Part shown: piece after piece, positions 48,897-62,821 of the stretch
Layout of the letters: each line of letters starts with the position of its first letter
Position numbering within the stretch: position 1 is the stretch's first letter
Source: Chiloscyllium plagiosum
Taxonomy: Eukaryota
Length of the DNA stretch: 64,000 nt
Direction of reading: 5' to 3'
NCBI RefSeq assembly: GCF_004010195.1
Contig: NC_057750.1
Location: 8,399,294 to 8,463,293 of the forward strand
The notes under the pieces: model-generated
Told to the model about the DNA's origin: nothing
The model's input: the letters and a program-made list of their open reading frames with translations, nothing else
Databases searched by the model: none
Program-made: the position numbers and the translations under genes

Positions 48897-51828
48897 CGGA
48901 TTGAAGTCCTACCTACTTTGGAGATGTGCAATAACATCTCCTCCAAGCAGATTGATCAGAAAATATCAAACCACCACCCATCTTCCTATGTGCCAGGTGC
49001 AACTAGTGGAGAGTTTGCCCCTGATTCCCATTGACTCCAGTTTTGTTAGAGTGCCATTTTTGGTCAAGAACTACTTTGATGTCAAGGTCAGTCACATAGT
49101 CACCTCCCCCTGTGGAGCACTCAGCTCTTTTCTCCATGTTTAGAGGCTTTGATGAGGACTGGAGCTGGCAGAACCCAAACTGAGCATACTGATTATGTTA
49201 GTGCTGCTTAGTAATGCTGTTGATGGCACCTCCCATCACTTTGCTGATGATTGAGAAAAGGCTGATAAAACATAGAAAATAGGAGCAGGGGGAGGCCATA
49301 CAGCCATTCGTGCATGGTCTGCCATTCATAATGATCATGACTGATTGTCCAACTCAATACCCTATTCCTACTTTATCCCCACTTGAACTCTTTAGCCCGA
49401 ACAATTTTTGGGTCAGGTTGGGGTGGCCAGGTTGGAATGGTTGTCCCTTTTGTGTGCAGGACATAACTGGGCAATTTTCCACATTGTTGGTTAGATCCTA
49501 GTGTTGTAACTGTATGCAACAGCTGGGCTAGGGGAGCGGCAAGTTCTGAAGGACAAACCGTCAGTGCTATTGCTGCAATCTGAGAGCCCATAGCCTATGC
49601 AGTATCAAGTGCATCCAACTGTCTCTTGATATCAATTGGAGTAAATTGAATTGGCTGAAGATTGGTATCTGTGATGTTGGGGACCTCAGGAGGTGATTGA
49701 GATACTCCAGTGACACTAGCTGAAAATTGTTGCAAACGCATCAGCCTTGTTACTAGCAGTGATGTCATTGGCTCCCCCAAAGGAAGCCATTTCGTTCTGC
49801 CAACAAATTGCTTTTTCTCTGGCTGTTTTTATTCACTGGTGAGTCATGGATATCGCTGGCTCAGCCAGCATTTATTACCTTTTTTAAAAATTCACAGGAT
49901 ATGGGTGTCACAGGGCAGGACAGCATTTATTATCCATCCCTAATTGCCCAGGTGCAGTTAAGTGTCAACCACATTGCTGTGGGTCTGGAGTGTCAAGTTG
50001 GCCAGACTAGGTAAGGATGGCTTAAGTCCTTACTTGCCCCTTGAGAAGGTGGTGGTGAGCTGCCTTCTTAAATGGCTGCAGTCCATTTGGTGGAAGTAGA
50101 CTGCAATGTCCCACCATGGGAGGGAATTTCAGGATTTTGATTCAGCGACAGTGAAGGAACAGCAATATAGTTCCAAGTCAGAATGGAGTTTCCTTTACCC
50201 GTCTGTCAGCAATCAGGCAGTTCCAGGTGAACTGCTCAACCATCGCACCAGACTGAGAACAGTATAGAATTTCCTGAAACATGGCACGCAGCAAAAATAC
50301 TTGCATCCACCCAATGCACCTTGTTCACATCTCGTGTGTACTCACAAATGGTGCACACAATATGTGCCTTCATGCAATGGGGGTCTAAAACTGATACACA
50401 ATCAATAGAAGCTTTACTGACAACTGAGTGTGAATGTGTTCAGCAGAATGAAGCATGCAGTCGGGATCTCCTCTCCTGCTGTGTGTTTACTTAGTCGACT
50501 GTGTACCTACATTATTGCTGTTTGGTAGGAGGCCAGTTCCCCTGTAGCTTTATAAATGGAGCATTATTACCAACTCCACACAACATCTGTCATGCAGGAG
50601 CAACTGGGGGGAGCTGCAAGGGAAATCTTCACTGCTATCTGGGGATAACTTGTTCCTCTCGCGTTTACATCAAAACCCCTAGCTTTACTCAAACTGAAGC
50701 TTTGAGTGAGGCCAAGATCCATTTTCAACAAAAATAAAAATCATTCCCCCCTCCTCCCATTACAAAAAGAAAAATGACACACATGAACTCCTGTTGATGT
50801 GTGGAAGACAATCATTCCATTTTATTGAAGGCTTACCTCATAATGTTAATCCAGTGATTTCTTATCACTGCTAAAAGCGAGTGTAGATCTAGGCCTCGGG
50901 CATTGATTGTCTTTGACCTCTGACATTGGCCATGTTTGACCCCTCTGCCTTGACCAAATGTGGCCTCAGTACCCAGGATTCCCTGTATCTTCTGACCCTT
51001 GATCCCTACTGTATAGGGCTTGGAGCAAATGTTCTTTATTTTTGGGAGGGGGTGGTGGTTTGTCGGAATTAGGAATGGAGATTGTGGGCGGAATTGTATG
51101 TAAGATTGCAAAGTTAGCTGTGAAGAATAACAACTGATCAGCACAGAGAGCATTTGCAAGAGAGTGCGGGAGATCAGAAGTGGGGAGCTTGTTGAATATA
51201 TAAAGATGGATAGCTGGGAGGATGCTTGAGACTGCGGTCAGAATGTGGCGGTTTCAGTGTCGTCAACCACTGGCGATTGAACTCCTTGACCACGGGAATG
51301 CTAACACAGCGCGTTCATTTAAAATGTCCCATTGTTGCCTTCCCCTTCACAAGGTTCCCTTTGTGTGCTGGGGAGCAGTGCAGAGGTCGAAAGGACACAG
51401 AAAACATTTGCTGCGGGAGGTTCTTTTCGTTTTTTTAATTGTTTTGCTGCTTCCTTTCTGCTTTGTTTGATTTCTGCCTGCTCGGCAGTCAAACCTTGAA
51501 CCAGGCGTAACCTTTCTTGGCGCTTGTGTGCCGTTGATCAGCTGATTTCTGGGGAAGGGGAAGTGGGCACCAACAGCCCCTTGAGGGCCTGTATCCCCAT
51601 CCTGTGTACCCACCAAAGCCTGCGGTTTAAGATTCCCATTCCTCTTTTGAAATCCCTCCTCATCCTCTGCAGCCCTGTAACCCTTTCAGAACTCTTGACT
51701 TTCAACTCTTCACTCTGAATGAGTTCGGTTAGATCTATCTTCACTTGCCACTGCGGCGCCTCCAATCAGGGCAAGTATTGCCTCCAATATCATTGGACTA
51801 CAGGTAAGGTCATCACTAAAGGCAGCTG

Positions 51829-52125
51829 GTCATAGAATCACAGAATCCTTACAGTGTGGAAATAGACCATTCAGCCCATTGAGTCTACACTGATCCTTTG
51901 AAGAGCATCCCACCCTGACCCAACCCCCTACCCTATTCCTGCATTTCCCATGGCTAATCCATTTAGCCTGCACATCACTGGACACTATGGGCAATTTAGC
52001 ATGGTCAGTCCACCTAACCTGAAGATCTTTGGACTGTGGGAGGAAACACATGCGGACACAGGGAGAATGTACAAACTCCACTCATTCACCCAAACGTGAA
52101 TCTGAACCAAAATCCCTGGTGCTGA
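51829..52125 (-). mobile_element. HE1/V-SINE-like SINE
   Basis: Reverse complement core gggcaatttagcatgg...ccacctaacctg...ctttggactgtgggagg. Confidence 0.85.
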
Positions 52126-53009
52126 GAGTCTCACAATTGTTTCCTCTATGCCCTCATCTTTGACATGGTGGAGTGCCACCTGCCCCAGGCCGACAGGTTC
52201 ATGCTGCGCACTACTCTTAAAGCTTGGGGCAACACATTTGGCATATATCCAAAAGGGTCACAGCACAGGTCAGAGTTCACAAGTTGGGGATTTGCAGAGC
52301 ATCAGCAGGTCAGGAGGATATCCCAGAAAGGAGGCGGGCAAAAGTTACAGGCCAGTGTGAACACAGAAATGTGAAGTTTGAACTCATTAACTAACCACGA
52401 CCTTCTTAAGGACAGTTAGGGATAGGCAATAAATACTGGCCCAGCCAACAGTACCCATGTCCAACATCCCATGAGTGAATAAAAATTAACTGGACCATGA
52501 GGGAGCCTGGGGAGGGTGCAAATGTGGGAACTGCTGTCTAATGGTTCCCAGTCCGTCAATGTCCTAGTTTTAAAATTCCAATCTTTGTTTGCAAGTCTCT
52601 CCAATGTCCAACCCCTTCCGCTCTCTGTGATAATGACATCCTGGACATACCTTATTCTGGTCTCTTGTATCACCTTCATTGAAAGCATTTCACCAGCAGT
52701 TCCACCTGCCGTTCCACCTCTAAACCTCTCCCTGTCTCTCTCTCTCTCCTCATTTAAGGCACTCCTTAAAACACAACTTTTGCCCAGTGTTTTGCTCACC
52801 TTCCCTATTATTTGTTTTTATCATTGTGAATCTTTGTAAGGTTATGTAGTGGCGAAGCACTTTGGCTTGATTTGCTACATGAAAGGTACTATATAAATGC
52901 AAGCAACTGTTTTGGATATAGATAAGTCTCTGGCAAAATGTATGTGTTTGGAGGAGGGGGGGGGGGGTTCCTCAGTGTCACTGATTTTAGAGTGTGTCTT
53001 GGAATATGG

Positions 53010-53198
53010 ACAAAGTTAAAAATCACACCACACCAGGTTATAGTCCAACAGGTTTAACTGGAAGCACTCCTGGACCACCTGATGAAGGAGCAGCGCTCCA
53101 AAAGGTAGTGCTTCCAATTAAACCTGTTGGACTATAACCTGGTGGTGTATGATTTTTAACTTTGTACACCCCAGCCCAACATCGGCATCTCCAAATCC
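53010..53198. mobile_element. Fold-back PLE terminal-repeat insertion (family 2) with mutated hammerhead starting at 53079
   Basis: Arms 53010-53068 and 53107-53165; flanks tggaatatgg (53000-53009) and tggaatgtgg (53199-53208). Confidence 0.85.
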
Positions 53199-53539
53199 TG
53201 GAATGTGGTAATAGTAGCTTGTGGCTGGGAAATGAGTTGATGATTGTTGGTCACCCTGGAAAGCTGTCAATATATGTAGTGAGCCCGTGAATGGAGGCCA
53301 GTATTTACAAGGAGGCCCCAGGGAGTGTATCAGTATTTGCAGGGAGTCTCCAGGCAGAATGTGACAGTATTTATAGGGAGTCCCTATTCACAGAGCGATC
53401 CCCAGTGTGTGATAGTATTGACAAGGTTTCCCTGGTGTGATTCGATGTGTTGTCAATACAGACAAACTGTGGTCAAGACTCACATTAACGCTATGGGCAC
53501 TTCACCTTTTACATGACCAGATAAGAACAACAGGTTTTC

Positions 53540-53661
53540 CGCTACATTGATGACTGCATTGGCGCCACCTCGTGCTCCCGCGAGGAGGTTGAGCAATTCA
53601 TCAACTTCACCAACACTCGGATGCTGCCTGAATTGCTGTGCTCTTCCAGCACCACTGATCC
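53540..53661 (+). mobile_element. Chimeric mini-PLE: RT YIDD fragment fused to a terminal-repeat fragment
   Basis: RYIDDCIGATSCSREEVEQFINFTNT then ggatgctgcctgaattgctgtgctcttccagcacc; direct repeat acaacaggttttc at 53527-53539 and 53662-53674. Confidence 0.88.
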
Positions 53662-54589
53662 ACAACAGGTTTTCTGCCCAATCAGACACCAATGAGCCCT
53701 CTCTGGGATGAATGTCAATTCAGAAGCTTCACCTTCTTGGGTTTGCCTCTATGTATGGCACATCTGAGTGAGAAGGTAACAAGTTCAAGTACCATTCCTG
53801 TTGTCCTGAAGCTGACTCTTACTGAGGGAGTACATTTAGAGGAAGTATCTTTAAGATGAGGCATTTAACTTGGTCTTCACCTGCCCTCTTAGGTAAATGT
53901 AAAAGATCCTATTTGAAGAAAATCAGGTTTTTTTTGTGAATATTTATGTCTTAACATCCGACAAAAAAAATTATCTGCTCAATTTCAAATTCTTGGATGT
54001 GGAAGCTTGCTGTGCACAGAGCAGTTGTGGCATTGCACTCAATCCAATAGCGACTAACTTCACATGTACCTCATTGGTTGCAAACTGCATTGGGATGTTC
54101 TGAGGTACTAAAAGGTGCTCCAAAAATGCAAATCTTGCCTTGTCCCCTTTGCTTACTGATGCTGACTGAATATTTTCAAATTAAGAATCTTCTGACTGAT
54201 TGCAGATATTTGCTTAGTGAATTGAGCTTGTGGATGGACATAGGAATTAACTTTAGAGATTATTGTCTCTTTAAAGTTGGGGTCTTGTTAAGAAACCATG
54301 GTGCCAGTTGTACTTCTCAAAATGCTCATTAAATTCTGAGTTAGCTGTCACAGTACCCTCTGCCATCTGAAGCAATCTTGTCTTTTTGACATTCGATGGG
54401 ATATGGGCATTGTTGGCTTGGGCATTGGATCTGAGTGGTTGCTAGGGCCATTTCAGAGTGCAGTTAAGGGTGAGTCACTCTGCTGTAGGTCTGGTATTAT
54501 ACATAGGTCAAACTGGGAAAAATGGCAGATTTCCTTCCTTGAGTTTTTCTATGTGCAATTATGGGAAGATAGGACTTAGGTATAAAGAG

Positions 54590-54995
54590 AGACTGGATCA
54601 GTTAGGATTATATTCACTGGAATTCAAAAGAATGAGAGGGAATCTAATATAAACCTATAAAATTCTATACGGACAGACAGGGTAAATGCAGGAAGGATGT
54701 TCCCAATGACCAGAGTCTAAAGATTTGGCATAGGCCATTTAGGATTGAGATGAGGAGAAATTTCTTCATCCAGAAAGTGGTGAGCCTGTGAAATTCTCTA
54801 CGACAGAAAGAAGTCGAGGCCAAAACATTGAAAGTTTTCAAGAAGGAGTTAGATATAGTTCGTGGAGCTAAAGAGATCAAAGGGTATTGGGTGAAAGTGG
54901 GAATGGGGGACCGAATTGGATGACTAGCCATGATCATATTGAATGGTGGAATAGGTTTGATCGGCCAAATTTCCACACTGGAGGGATTCTATGAT
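54590..54995 (+). mobile_element. CR1 3' fragment
   Basis: YKERLDQLGLYSLEFKRMRGNLI and CR1 tail. Confidence 0.82.
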
Positions 54996-55199
54996 TTCAC
55001 TCTCTCAGCCTTCCCCCAAATTCCTTTATTCTCTTAGTTCCCAAAACTCACAAGCCTGAACATGCTCAACAACTAAATATTCACTGCCCCATGGGTTCAG
55101 AATTCCAAAGATCAACAAGAAATCTAATTTAACCTTGGCACCAAATGAATGACCCCTCATTTAGATTCTCTAGTCTGGGGGGGAATCCACTCAACGTCT

Positions 55200-56430
55200 C
55201 TTTATTTATTCATGGAATGTGGACATCAGTGGCTGGGCCAGCGTTTGTTGCCCATCCCTAATTGCTCCTTTAGAAGGTGGTGGTAAGATGCTTTGTTGTT
55301 GCAATCAGTGAGATGTAGGGACACCCACAGTGTTTTGACCCAGCCACACTGAAGGAACAGATGATATATTTCCAAGGCTTATATCATGTGAAAAAATAGA
55401 AATGGTCTAAGTCACTCATTTATCAGTGCCATACAATCTCCAGAGTCCTCCATGTTAACATAGCATTGACAAGCATTCAGATTTACGGCATAAATACCTT
55501 GGAGGGTTCACTAGATTGATTCCTCAGTTGTGCTAGGATGGAAGATTATGTGCAATGGACATACACCATCTTGAGTTCAAAAAAGTTGGTGTTTTGTTTA
55601 AATGTGGGAGAAGTTGGCAATAAGTAGTTGGGAGAAACGAACCACAGGAACAGGCTGCTTTTGTTTTTGTTCATTTGTGGGATGTGGGACCGGCTGGTGA
55701 GCTGCCTTTTTTAACTGCTGCAGTTTGTATGGTGTAAGGACACCCACAAGACCACTGGGGAGGGATCTTCAGGATTTTGACCCAGCAACACTTAAAGAAT
55801 GGCAATCCATTTCCAAGTCAGGATGGTAAGTGGCTTAGAGGCGAGCTTGCGGATAGTGGTGTTCCCTTGGCCTTCTGGATGGAGTTGGTCATGGGTTTGG
55901 AAGGTGCTGTGAAACAGCATTGATGAATTTCTGCAGTGCTTCCTGTAGGTGATACACACTGCTGTTACTAAGCACTAGTGGTGAAGGGAGTGAATGTTCC
56001 AATGATGGATAAGATGCTGATCAAGTGGGGCTGCTTTGCCCTGGATGGGGTTCAAGCTACTTGAGTGTTGCTGGAGCTGCATCCATGCAGGCATGGGGGC
56101 AGTATTCCAGCACACTCCTGACTTGTGCCTTGTAAGATACTAGACATGCTTTAGTGAGTCAGGAGTTGAGTTACTCGCTGCAGTATTCCTAGCCTCTGAT
56201 CTGCTCTTGTAGCCACTGTGTCTATTTGGCTTGTCCAGTTCAGTTTCTGGTCCATAGTAATCCCAGGATATTCTTAGTTCCTCTGCTATGTGGCTTCACA
56301 GGGGAGCTTGCTGGCAGTTCTCCTGTGTGTCTGTTGCCTATCTGTTCCTAGAGGTAGAGATTGCAGGTTTTGAAGGTGCTTTCAAAGGAAACTTGGCAAA
56401 TTGGCTGCACTACATCTTTTAGATTATCCA
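55200..56430 (-). mobile_element. Cluster of second-family LINE 3' fragments
   Basis: Repeated ttttgacccagc...ttccaagtcaggatggt segments; minus strand YKAQVRSVLEYCP-like relic. Confidence 0.7.
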
Positions 56431-57654
56431 CACTGCTGCCACATTAAGTTCTTAACGGGCCTGACAGGGTAAATGCTGAGTTGTTGCATGGGGAGTCCAG
56501 GGTCTCCGCATAAGGGGTCAACTGTTTTAGACTGAGATCAGAAGAAATTTCTTCAATTGGAGGATTATGAGTCTCTTTCCATCCCAAAGGGCTGTGGCTG
56601 CCTAGTTGTGGGTATTTTTAAGAAAGAGGTTGATGAATGTTTGGATTCTAATCCCAAGGAATAGTGAGATGAGGAGGTAGCAGGGAGAGTGGGGTTAAGG
56701 CTGAGGATCAACCATGATTTGGTTGAATTGAGGGCACAGTGGAAGGACTAAATAGCCTGTGTCTTATAACAGATTTGTATTCAAGTAGACGATTCCAAGA
56801 AAGAGTTAACTAGTTGGAGGAGAGGAGGGCACAGCAGAGCAGAATCTCAAAGTTAGCAGTTTAGCAACCTTAGCAGTGCAACCTGTGCTGAGTGAGTGTT
56901 AGTGACAGTGTGCAGCAGTGAATGAAGTTTGGTTCTTTATAGTGCAAATAGAGGACTGAAGCAATGAGTCTCTGCGGGTCCTGCAGCGGAATATAACAGA
57001 CGGTTGGTTAGTCTCAGATGTCTGAAGTTGGAATATTGAATTAGAAGAGATAATCCACAGCTGTGAGTTGGAAGCCAGCACAATCCAGACAGCTGTCAAA
57101 CGTCCATAAAATGTACAACACGAACCAACTGATCGAGCCTACCAACCCTTGTCAGTGTGCCTGGTGAATGTGAACCTCCTCCTAAATAGGCGACCAGCGT
57201 AGCCTTCGATTCCCGTCTTCCTGAAATGTTTATCAGTTCACTCAACTCCAGACTGGATGCCATGAGTGGTGGTGAGTTCTGTATTTCCTTGTAGGGCAGT
57301 GGGTAACGTTCCCTAACACTAGACCTGAAGCTCCAGGTTCAAATCCCGCTCCAGGACTTGATAGCTATGGACGCTGTGTTGTAATGTGGCTAACCAGGTT
57401 GATTATCACTCTTTAAATCCTTCTGACATGGCAGGCAGTAAGAGTGGGATAGATATTGGCAGCCAGCAATGTGCAGTAGCTGCATTGCAACAGGTAAAGA
57501 TTCCACATGCTGATTCTTGCCATGGACAAGCATTATCCTCATTCTTAGGGATAACTCACTCATTCACTCACTATCCCCAAGAGAATACCTGACCTGAGGA
57601 AGAGTCTGCAGGCTGGTGACAGAAATTTATTCGCTCAATTCTTTCAGATGAAAG

Positions 57655-57735
57655 CTGTCCTGGAAGAAGGGTTACACCCAAAACGTTGACTTCTCCACCT
57701 TCTGATGCTGCCTGGCTTGCTATGTTCTTCCAGCC
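57655..57735 (+). mobile_element. Degenerate PLE terminal-repeat fragment with decayed hammerhead
   Basis: ctggaagaagggttacacccaaaacgttg...gatgctgcctggcttgctatgttcttccagc. Confidence 0.55.
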
Positions 57736-59153
57736 TTCTGTTTGTCTGTCCCAGAAGATGGCAGAAATCACCTCCTGCATTCCTGTAATGTCATTCAGCA
57801 CTAGTTTCTGGTATTATTTTCTGGTCATTGACAAATGGGTCACCGTTTTTTGCTTGTCAATAACTGCTCCTTGAAAAGGCAGTGGTGAGCCAGCTTCTTG
57901 AACTGTTGCAGTCCATGTGCTGCAGGTAGACTCACAGAAGAGAAAGGAAATTCCAAGATTTTGACTCAGTGACACGAAAGGAACAGCCATGTATTTCCAA
58001 GTCAGGATGATGAGTGGCTTGGAGGGGAAATTGAAGGTGGTGGTGTTCCCTTGTATCTACTGCCCTTGTCCTTCTAGTGGTAAAAGTTAGAGGTTGGAAG
58101 GTGCTATTGAAGAAACTTTGGTGAATTTCTGCAGTGCATCTTGTACATAGTATACACTGCTTCTACTGAGCGCCAGTAGTGGAGGGAGTGAATGTTTCAG
58201 TTGATGGATAGAGCATGCTGATCGAGTGGGGCTGCTTTATTCTGGGTGATATCAGAGTTTTTTGGTGTTGTTTGACCTGCATTCCTCCAGGCATGTGACT
58301 CCAAATCCACCAACTGCCTTGACCTCAACAGCTGTTTCATGAACTCTCCTGTTGCCTTCACAAGGATTGTTGCTTTGTCAATATGAAGGATCTCATGGCA
58401 CTAATTGGAAAAAAAGCAGGTGCCTAGAGCCCATCATCTCACCGTTTACCTCCCTCCAGCACCACCACTAAAAGAGATGAAGGGAGGCATTGCTATTTCA
58501 GGGATCATACTATGTGCACATTGACTACTGAGTCCATAATAACAGTGAATATCATCTTCAAATATAATCCATGGTTGTGAGGATTTCTGAGACATTTCTT
58601 TATTTCATTCTTTCTTGCTTCACTTGTTTGCTCTCTTCCTCTTGCGCTCTCTTTGTTTCTCACTGTCTGTCTTTTTTCGTCTTCATCTCCCTGGCAGGTT
58701 GGAGTTGGAATTAAGGTTCAAGTTTTGAATGTTTGCTTATCTGGTCCTGAAGAATTCAGTGAAACCCTCACTAAAGAATAGGTCCAGAGTAGTGAAGTGC
58801 AGAAATAAGCTGGGTAGAAAATGGTTTTATGTTTTCGCAAGACAAGTTCTTCCTATGCATCTCACATTTGAGAAAAAAATCTGTGCTCCTCCAGCATCTA
58901 ATGCTCAAATAAGTCTCCTCATGCACTGGTACATTATACCCTCTTCACTACTTCCTTGTTTAAGGAAATTTCTCATTCTCTACCTTCCAGTCAAAGGGCT
59001 TAAAGCTTCTGCAAGACTACAGCTGTTGCTGTGGCACCTGCAGTCAAGACGTTTTTGTTACAAATTATTCATTCATGGGATGTGTGTGTCACTGGCTAGG
59101 CCAGCATTTACTGCCCATTCTTAAAAGCCCGCTGGGCAATTAAGAGTCAACCA

Positions 59154-59462
59154 GGGCAGCACAGTGGCTCAGTGGTTAGCACTGCTGCCTCACAGCACCA
59201 GGGTCCCAGGTTCGATTCCAGCCTCGGGCAACTGTGTGGAGTTTGCACATTTTCCCCATGTCTGCGTGGGTTTCCTCCGGGTGCTTTGGTTTCCTCCCAC
59301 AGTCCAAAAGATATGCAGGTCAGGTGAATTGGTCATGCTAAATTGCCCATCGGGTTAGATGCATTAGTCAGAGGGAAATGGTTCTGGGTGGGTTACTCTT
59401 TGGAGGGTTGGTGTGGACTTGTTGGGCTGAAGGGCCTGTTTCCACACTGTTGGGGAATCTAA
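59154..59462 (+). mobile_element. HE1/V-SINE-like SINE nested in a minus-strand family-B SINE (~59075-59700)
   Basis: Complete head, core and tail; host gagtcaacca|catatt is split. Confidence 0.88.
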
Positions 59463-59921
59463 TCATATTATTGTGGACTTCACATGTAGGCCAGACCAGT
59501 TAGGGATGGCAGATTTCCTTCTTAAAAAGACATTAGTGAACCAGATGGGTTCTTAACTGTCAAACATGGTCACCACTATGCTAGCTTTTAATTCAAGATT
59601 TTTATTGAATTTACATTTTGGTGGGATTTGAACCCATATCACCAGAACATTAGGGCTATGATTAGTAGTCCTGTGATATTTCCACTACATCAACACCTCC
59701 CTCACAGGCTGATTGTACTGGGGCATTTACCTTCTATTACTTCTAAAATTGCAGCTCCTTCAGTGATTTCCATCCAGTGGTGATGTGTCATGGTTTATTC
59801 AAGGAGTCTAAGTTGCTATGGCAGTGCACACTTTCAATGCATGTTGTAGCCCAGAATCACAATTAGTGATGGTCATGGCTCCATCCTATTTGTAACTTTG
59901 AAGACTGGAGATCTCTCCTAT

Positions 59922-60155
59922 TATTTTCACGCAGAGGGTGGTACATGTATGGAATGAGCTGCCAGAGGAAGTGATGGAGGTTAGTACAATTGCAACATTT
60001 AAAAGGCATTTGGATGGGTATATGAATAGGAAGGGTTTGGAGAGATATGGGCTGGGTGCTGGCAGGTAGGACTAGATTGGGTTGGGATATCTGGTCGGCA
60101 TGGATGGGTTGGACCGAAGGATCTGTTTCCGTGCTGTACATCTCTATGACTCTAT
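59922..60155 (+). mobile_element. Young CR1 3' tail
   Basis: Near-identical to 22620-22775 (ggatgggtatatgaataggaagggtttggag...gctgtacatctctat). Confidence 0.88.
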
Positions 60156-62821
60156 CAGTACCCAACATTACCCTATGTTGTAAGGATTTAGAACTCAAGT
60201 CTTTTTGACCATGTTATGAACACACTTTCCTTGCTTGTCATATCTTGGGATGGGACTTGAATCTGGAGCTTCTCGCTTGAATTCAGGGAATGCTACTCAC
60301 TGCACCGTGAATCTTCTATACCTTTGAACGAGTAACTAATAAGTCTGATACTGTTTTACGCAGTCAAGTATGCCATAGTCCTGAGAATTTACATAGGAAC
60401 AGATCATTCAGCCTATTCAGTCCATTTTGGTATTTATTCACCTGTTTGAGGTTACCTAATTTCATTCCATCCATATAATGCTGCATTTCTTTCTCCCTCT
60501 CAAACTGGTCTTGCCTTCCTCTTAAATACATCTGTAGTTTTGGTCTTACCCACTTCAATTGGTAGCGAATTCCGCACACTTAACCACTCTCCTTCTGAAA
60601 TCCATATTTGATTCCTTGGATTATATCAACGGCTTTTAATCCTGCTTTTCCCTACAAGTGGAAAACACTCTGTCTCCATAGCTACTCTCTCAGAACCTGT
60701 CATTGCTTAAAGACCACTATAGGTGGTTCCCTCAGCTTTCTCTTCCTGCCAGAAAAAAGATATATTGGTTCAATCTCTCTAAAAGCACTTCCGGTTTCAT
60801 TCATGGAAATCATTTCATTTTGGCATCATTCCACAGGGAATAGGACCAGGACTAGGCCCTTCCACTCATCAAAACTGCTCTGACATTCAACTAAATCATG
60901 ACTGATCGTCTATCTCAGTGCAATTTCCCACACCATCCCTATTTCATTTGATGTCTTTAATATACAGAAACAGCTTTCATATCTATACCCATTTGTGTAA
61001 AATGTTGACCAGGATTGTACACTCTGCTCCGAGGTATAGATTAACAACAAGTTTGACTTAACTCCTCTATATTTTTCAATTCTCCACCTAGAGGTAAATC
61101 CTTATGACATTTGCCAGTACCTTCTTCCCATGACATTGGTGCACCCACCAGCTATATGCCCTAACTGGCCAATATGAGCAATAGACAGAGTTGACAACAG
61201 GCAGTTTACCTGTGAAACAGATCATAAGTGAGTCCACCCTTGATTCATGTGCAGCAAGGATCAAAGGTCAGACGGGGCCAAGATCAAACCTGATTTTTCG
61301 CCAGCAAAATATTCCTTACTGCCAACTCTGCACTAATTAACCATGTAAAAGGACAAGGGCAGTAGATACATAGAAACACCATCCCCTCCAAACTACTCAC
61401 CATCCTGACCTGGAAGTGTACTGTCGTTCTTTCACTGTCACTGGGTCAAAATCCTGGAATTGCATGCCTAAGGGCATTGTGGGTTTACCTCCAGCACATG
61501 TACTGCAACAGTTAAGAAGGCAGCTCACCATCACCTTTCAAGGGCAACTAGGGTTGGGCAATAAATGTTGCCTGATCAGCAATGCCCATGTCCCACGAGT
61601 AAACTTAAAAAAAAGTTAAAATATAAGAATACACAAATGGAGCAGCAGTAAGGCCATAAGTCCATTCAACCTTCTCAGGCCTTTACTGCCATTAAATACA
61701 ATCATGGCTGATTTCCCATCCATTCCCCCATATCCCAACAGATGTGGACAACTCTTAAATGACCTCTGGGCAATTAATGCTGGGCAATGGATGAATGGAA
61801 ATTTTAAAAGCCTCACTTTAAACATATTCAGCGATGGAGCTTCCCCAGCCCTCTGGGGCAGAGAATTCTAAAGAGTCACAACTCTGTTAAATAACTTTCT
61901 CTTCATCAAATTTCTAAATGATCTGTCCCTTAACCTGACATTTTTTTAAAAATTACTTCACAAATTGCAGGCATTGCTACCCAAGCTAGCATTTATTGCT
62001 TGTTCTTAATTACCCAGCAGGCAATTGATTCTCAATCACATTGCAGGGTCTGGAGTCACATGTGGGCCAGATGAGGTAAGGGTGGCAGCTTTGCTTCCCA
62101 AAGGTAAGAGTCAGTCATGTTCTTGGGACATTAGGAGTGGGTGGAGATCAATTGAGGCAGAAATGAGCATGATTCTATTTAATGGTCCAGAAAGTCTGAG
62201 GGGACCGAATGGTCTTAAGGACATTAGTGAACCAGATGGCTTTTAGTGACAATAAGCAGTAGTCACACTGTTGCCATTAAGTTTCTTTTTTATTAATGTC
62301 AGAATCTTTAATTGAACTCAACTTTCACAACTTATCCAAAACATTAACCTGGTGCACTGGATCCAGCAACATTATCACAACACCACCACCACAACCACAT
62401 CCCATCCAGATTCACAGGAAACAATTTCTCAGCATTTCCCTTGTCCACAACTCCTTCAGATTGTTGTATGTTTAAATGCGGTCATCTCATTCTTCTAAAC
62501 AGAGAATATCAACGTTCCATACTCAGTGTCTCATCATAGGACCACCCTCTCATCCCAGGGTGAAGCTTCACTGTACCTCTTCTGATACAATACTGAAATA
62601 TGAAACCGTGTGCTCGTATTCCAGTTTAAACAAAGTTCAGTACAGTTGTGGCAAAGGCTTCATCTTTCTGGTACTCCTTGAATGGCCAACACAGCATTTG
62701 CTTTCCTAATTGTTGGCTGTATGCGCATGGTAACACTGTGTGCCTTATATGAGAACACCCAATTATCTCTGAGCATCAATATTTACAAGTTTCACGCCTT
62801 TTTAAAAACTAAAATAAGTGA

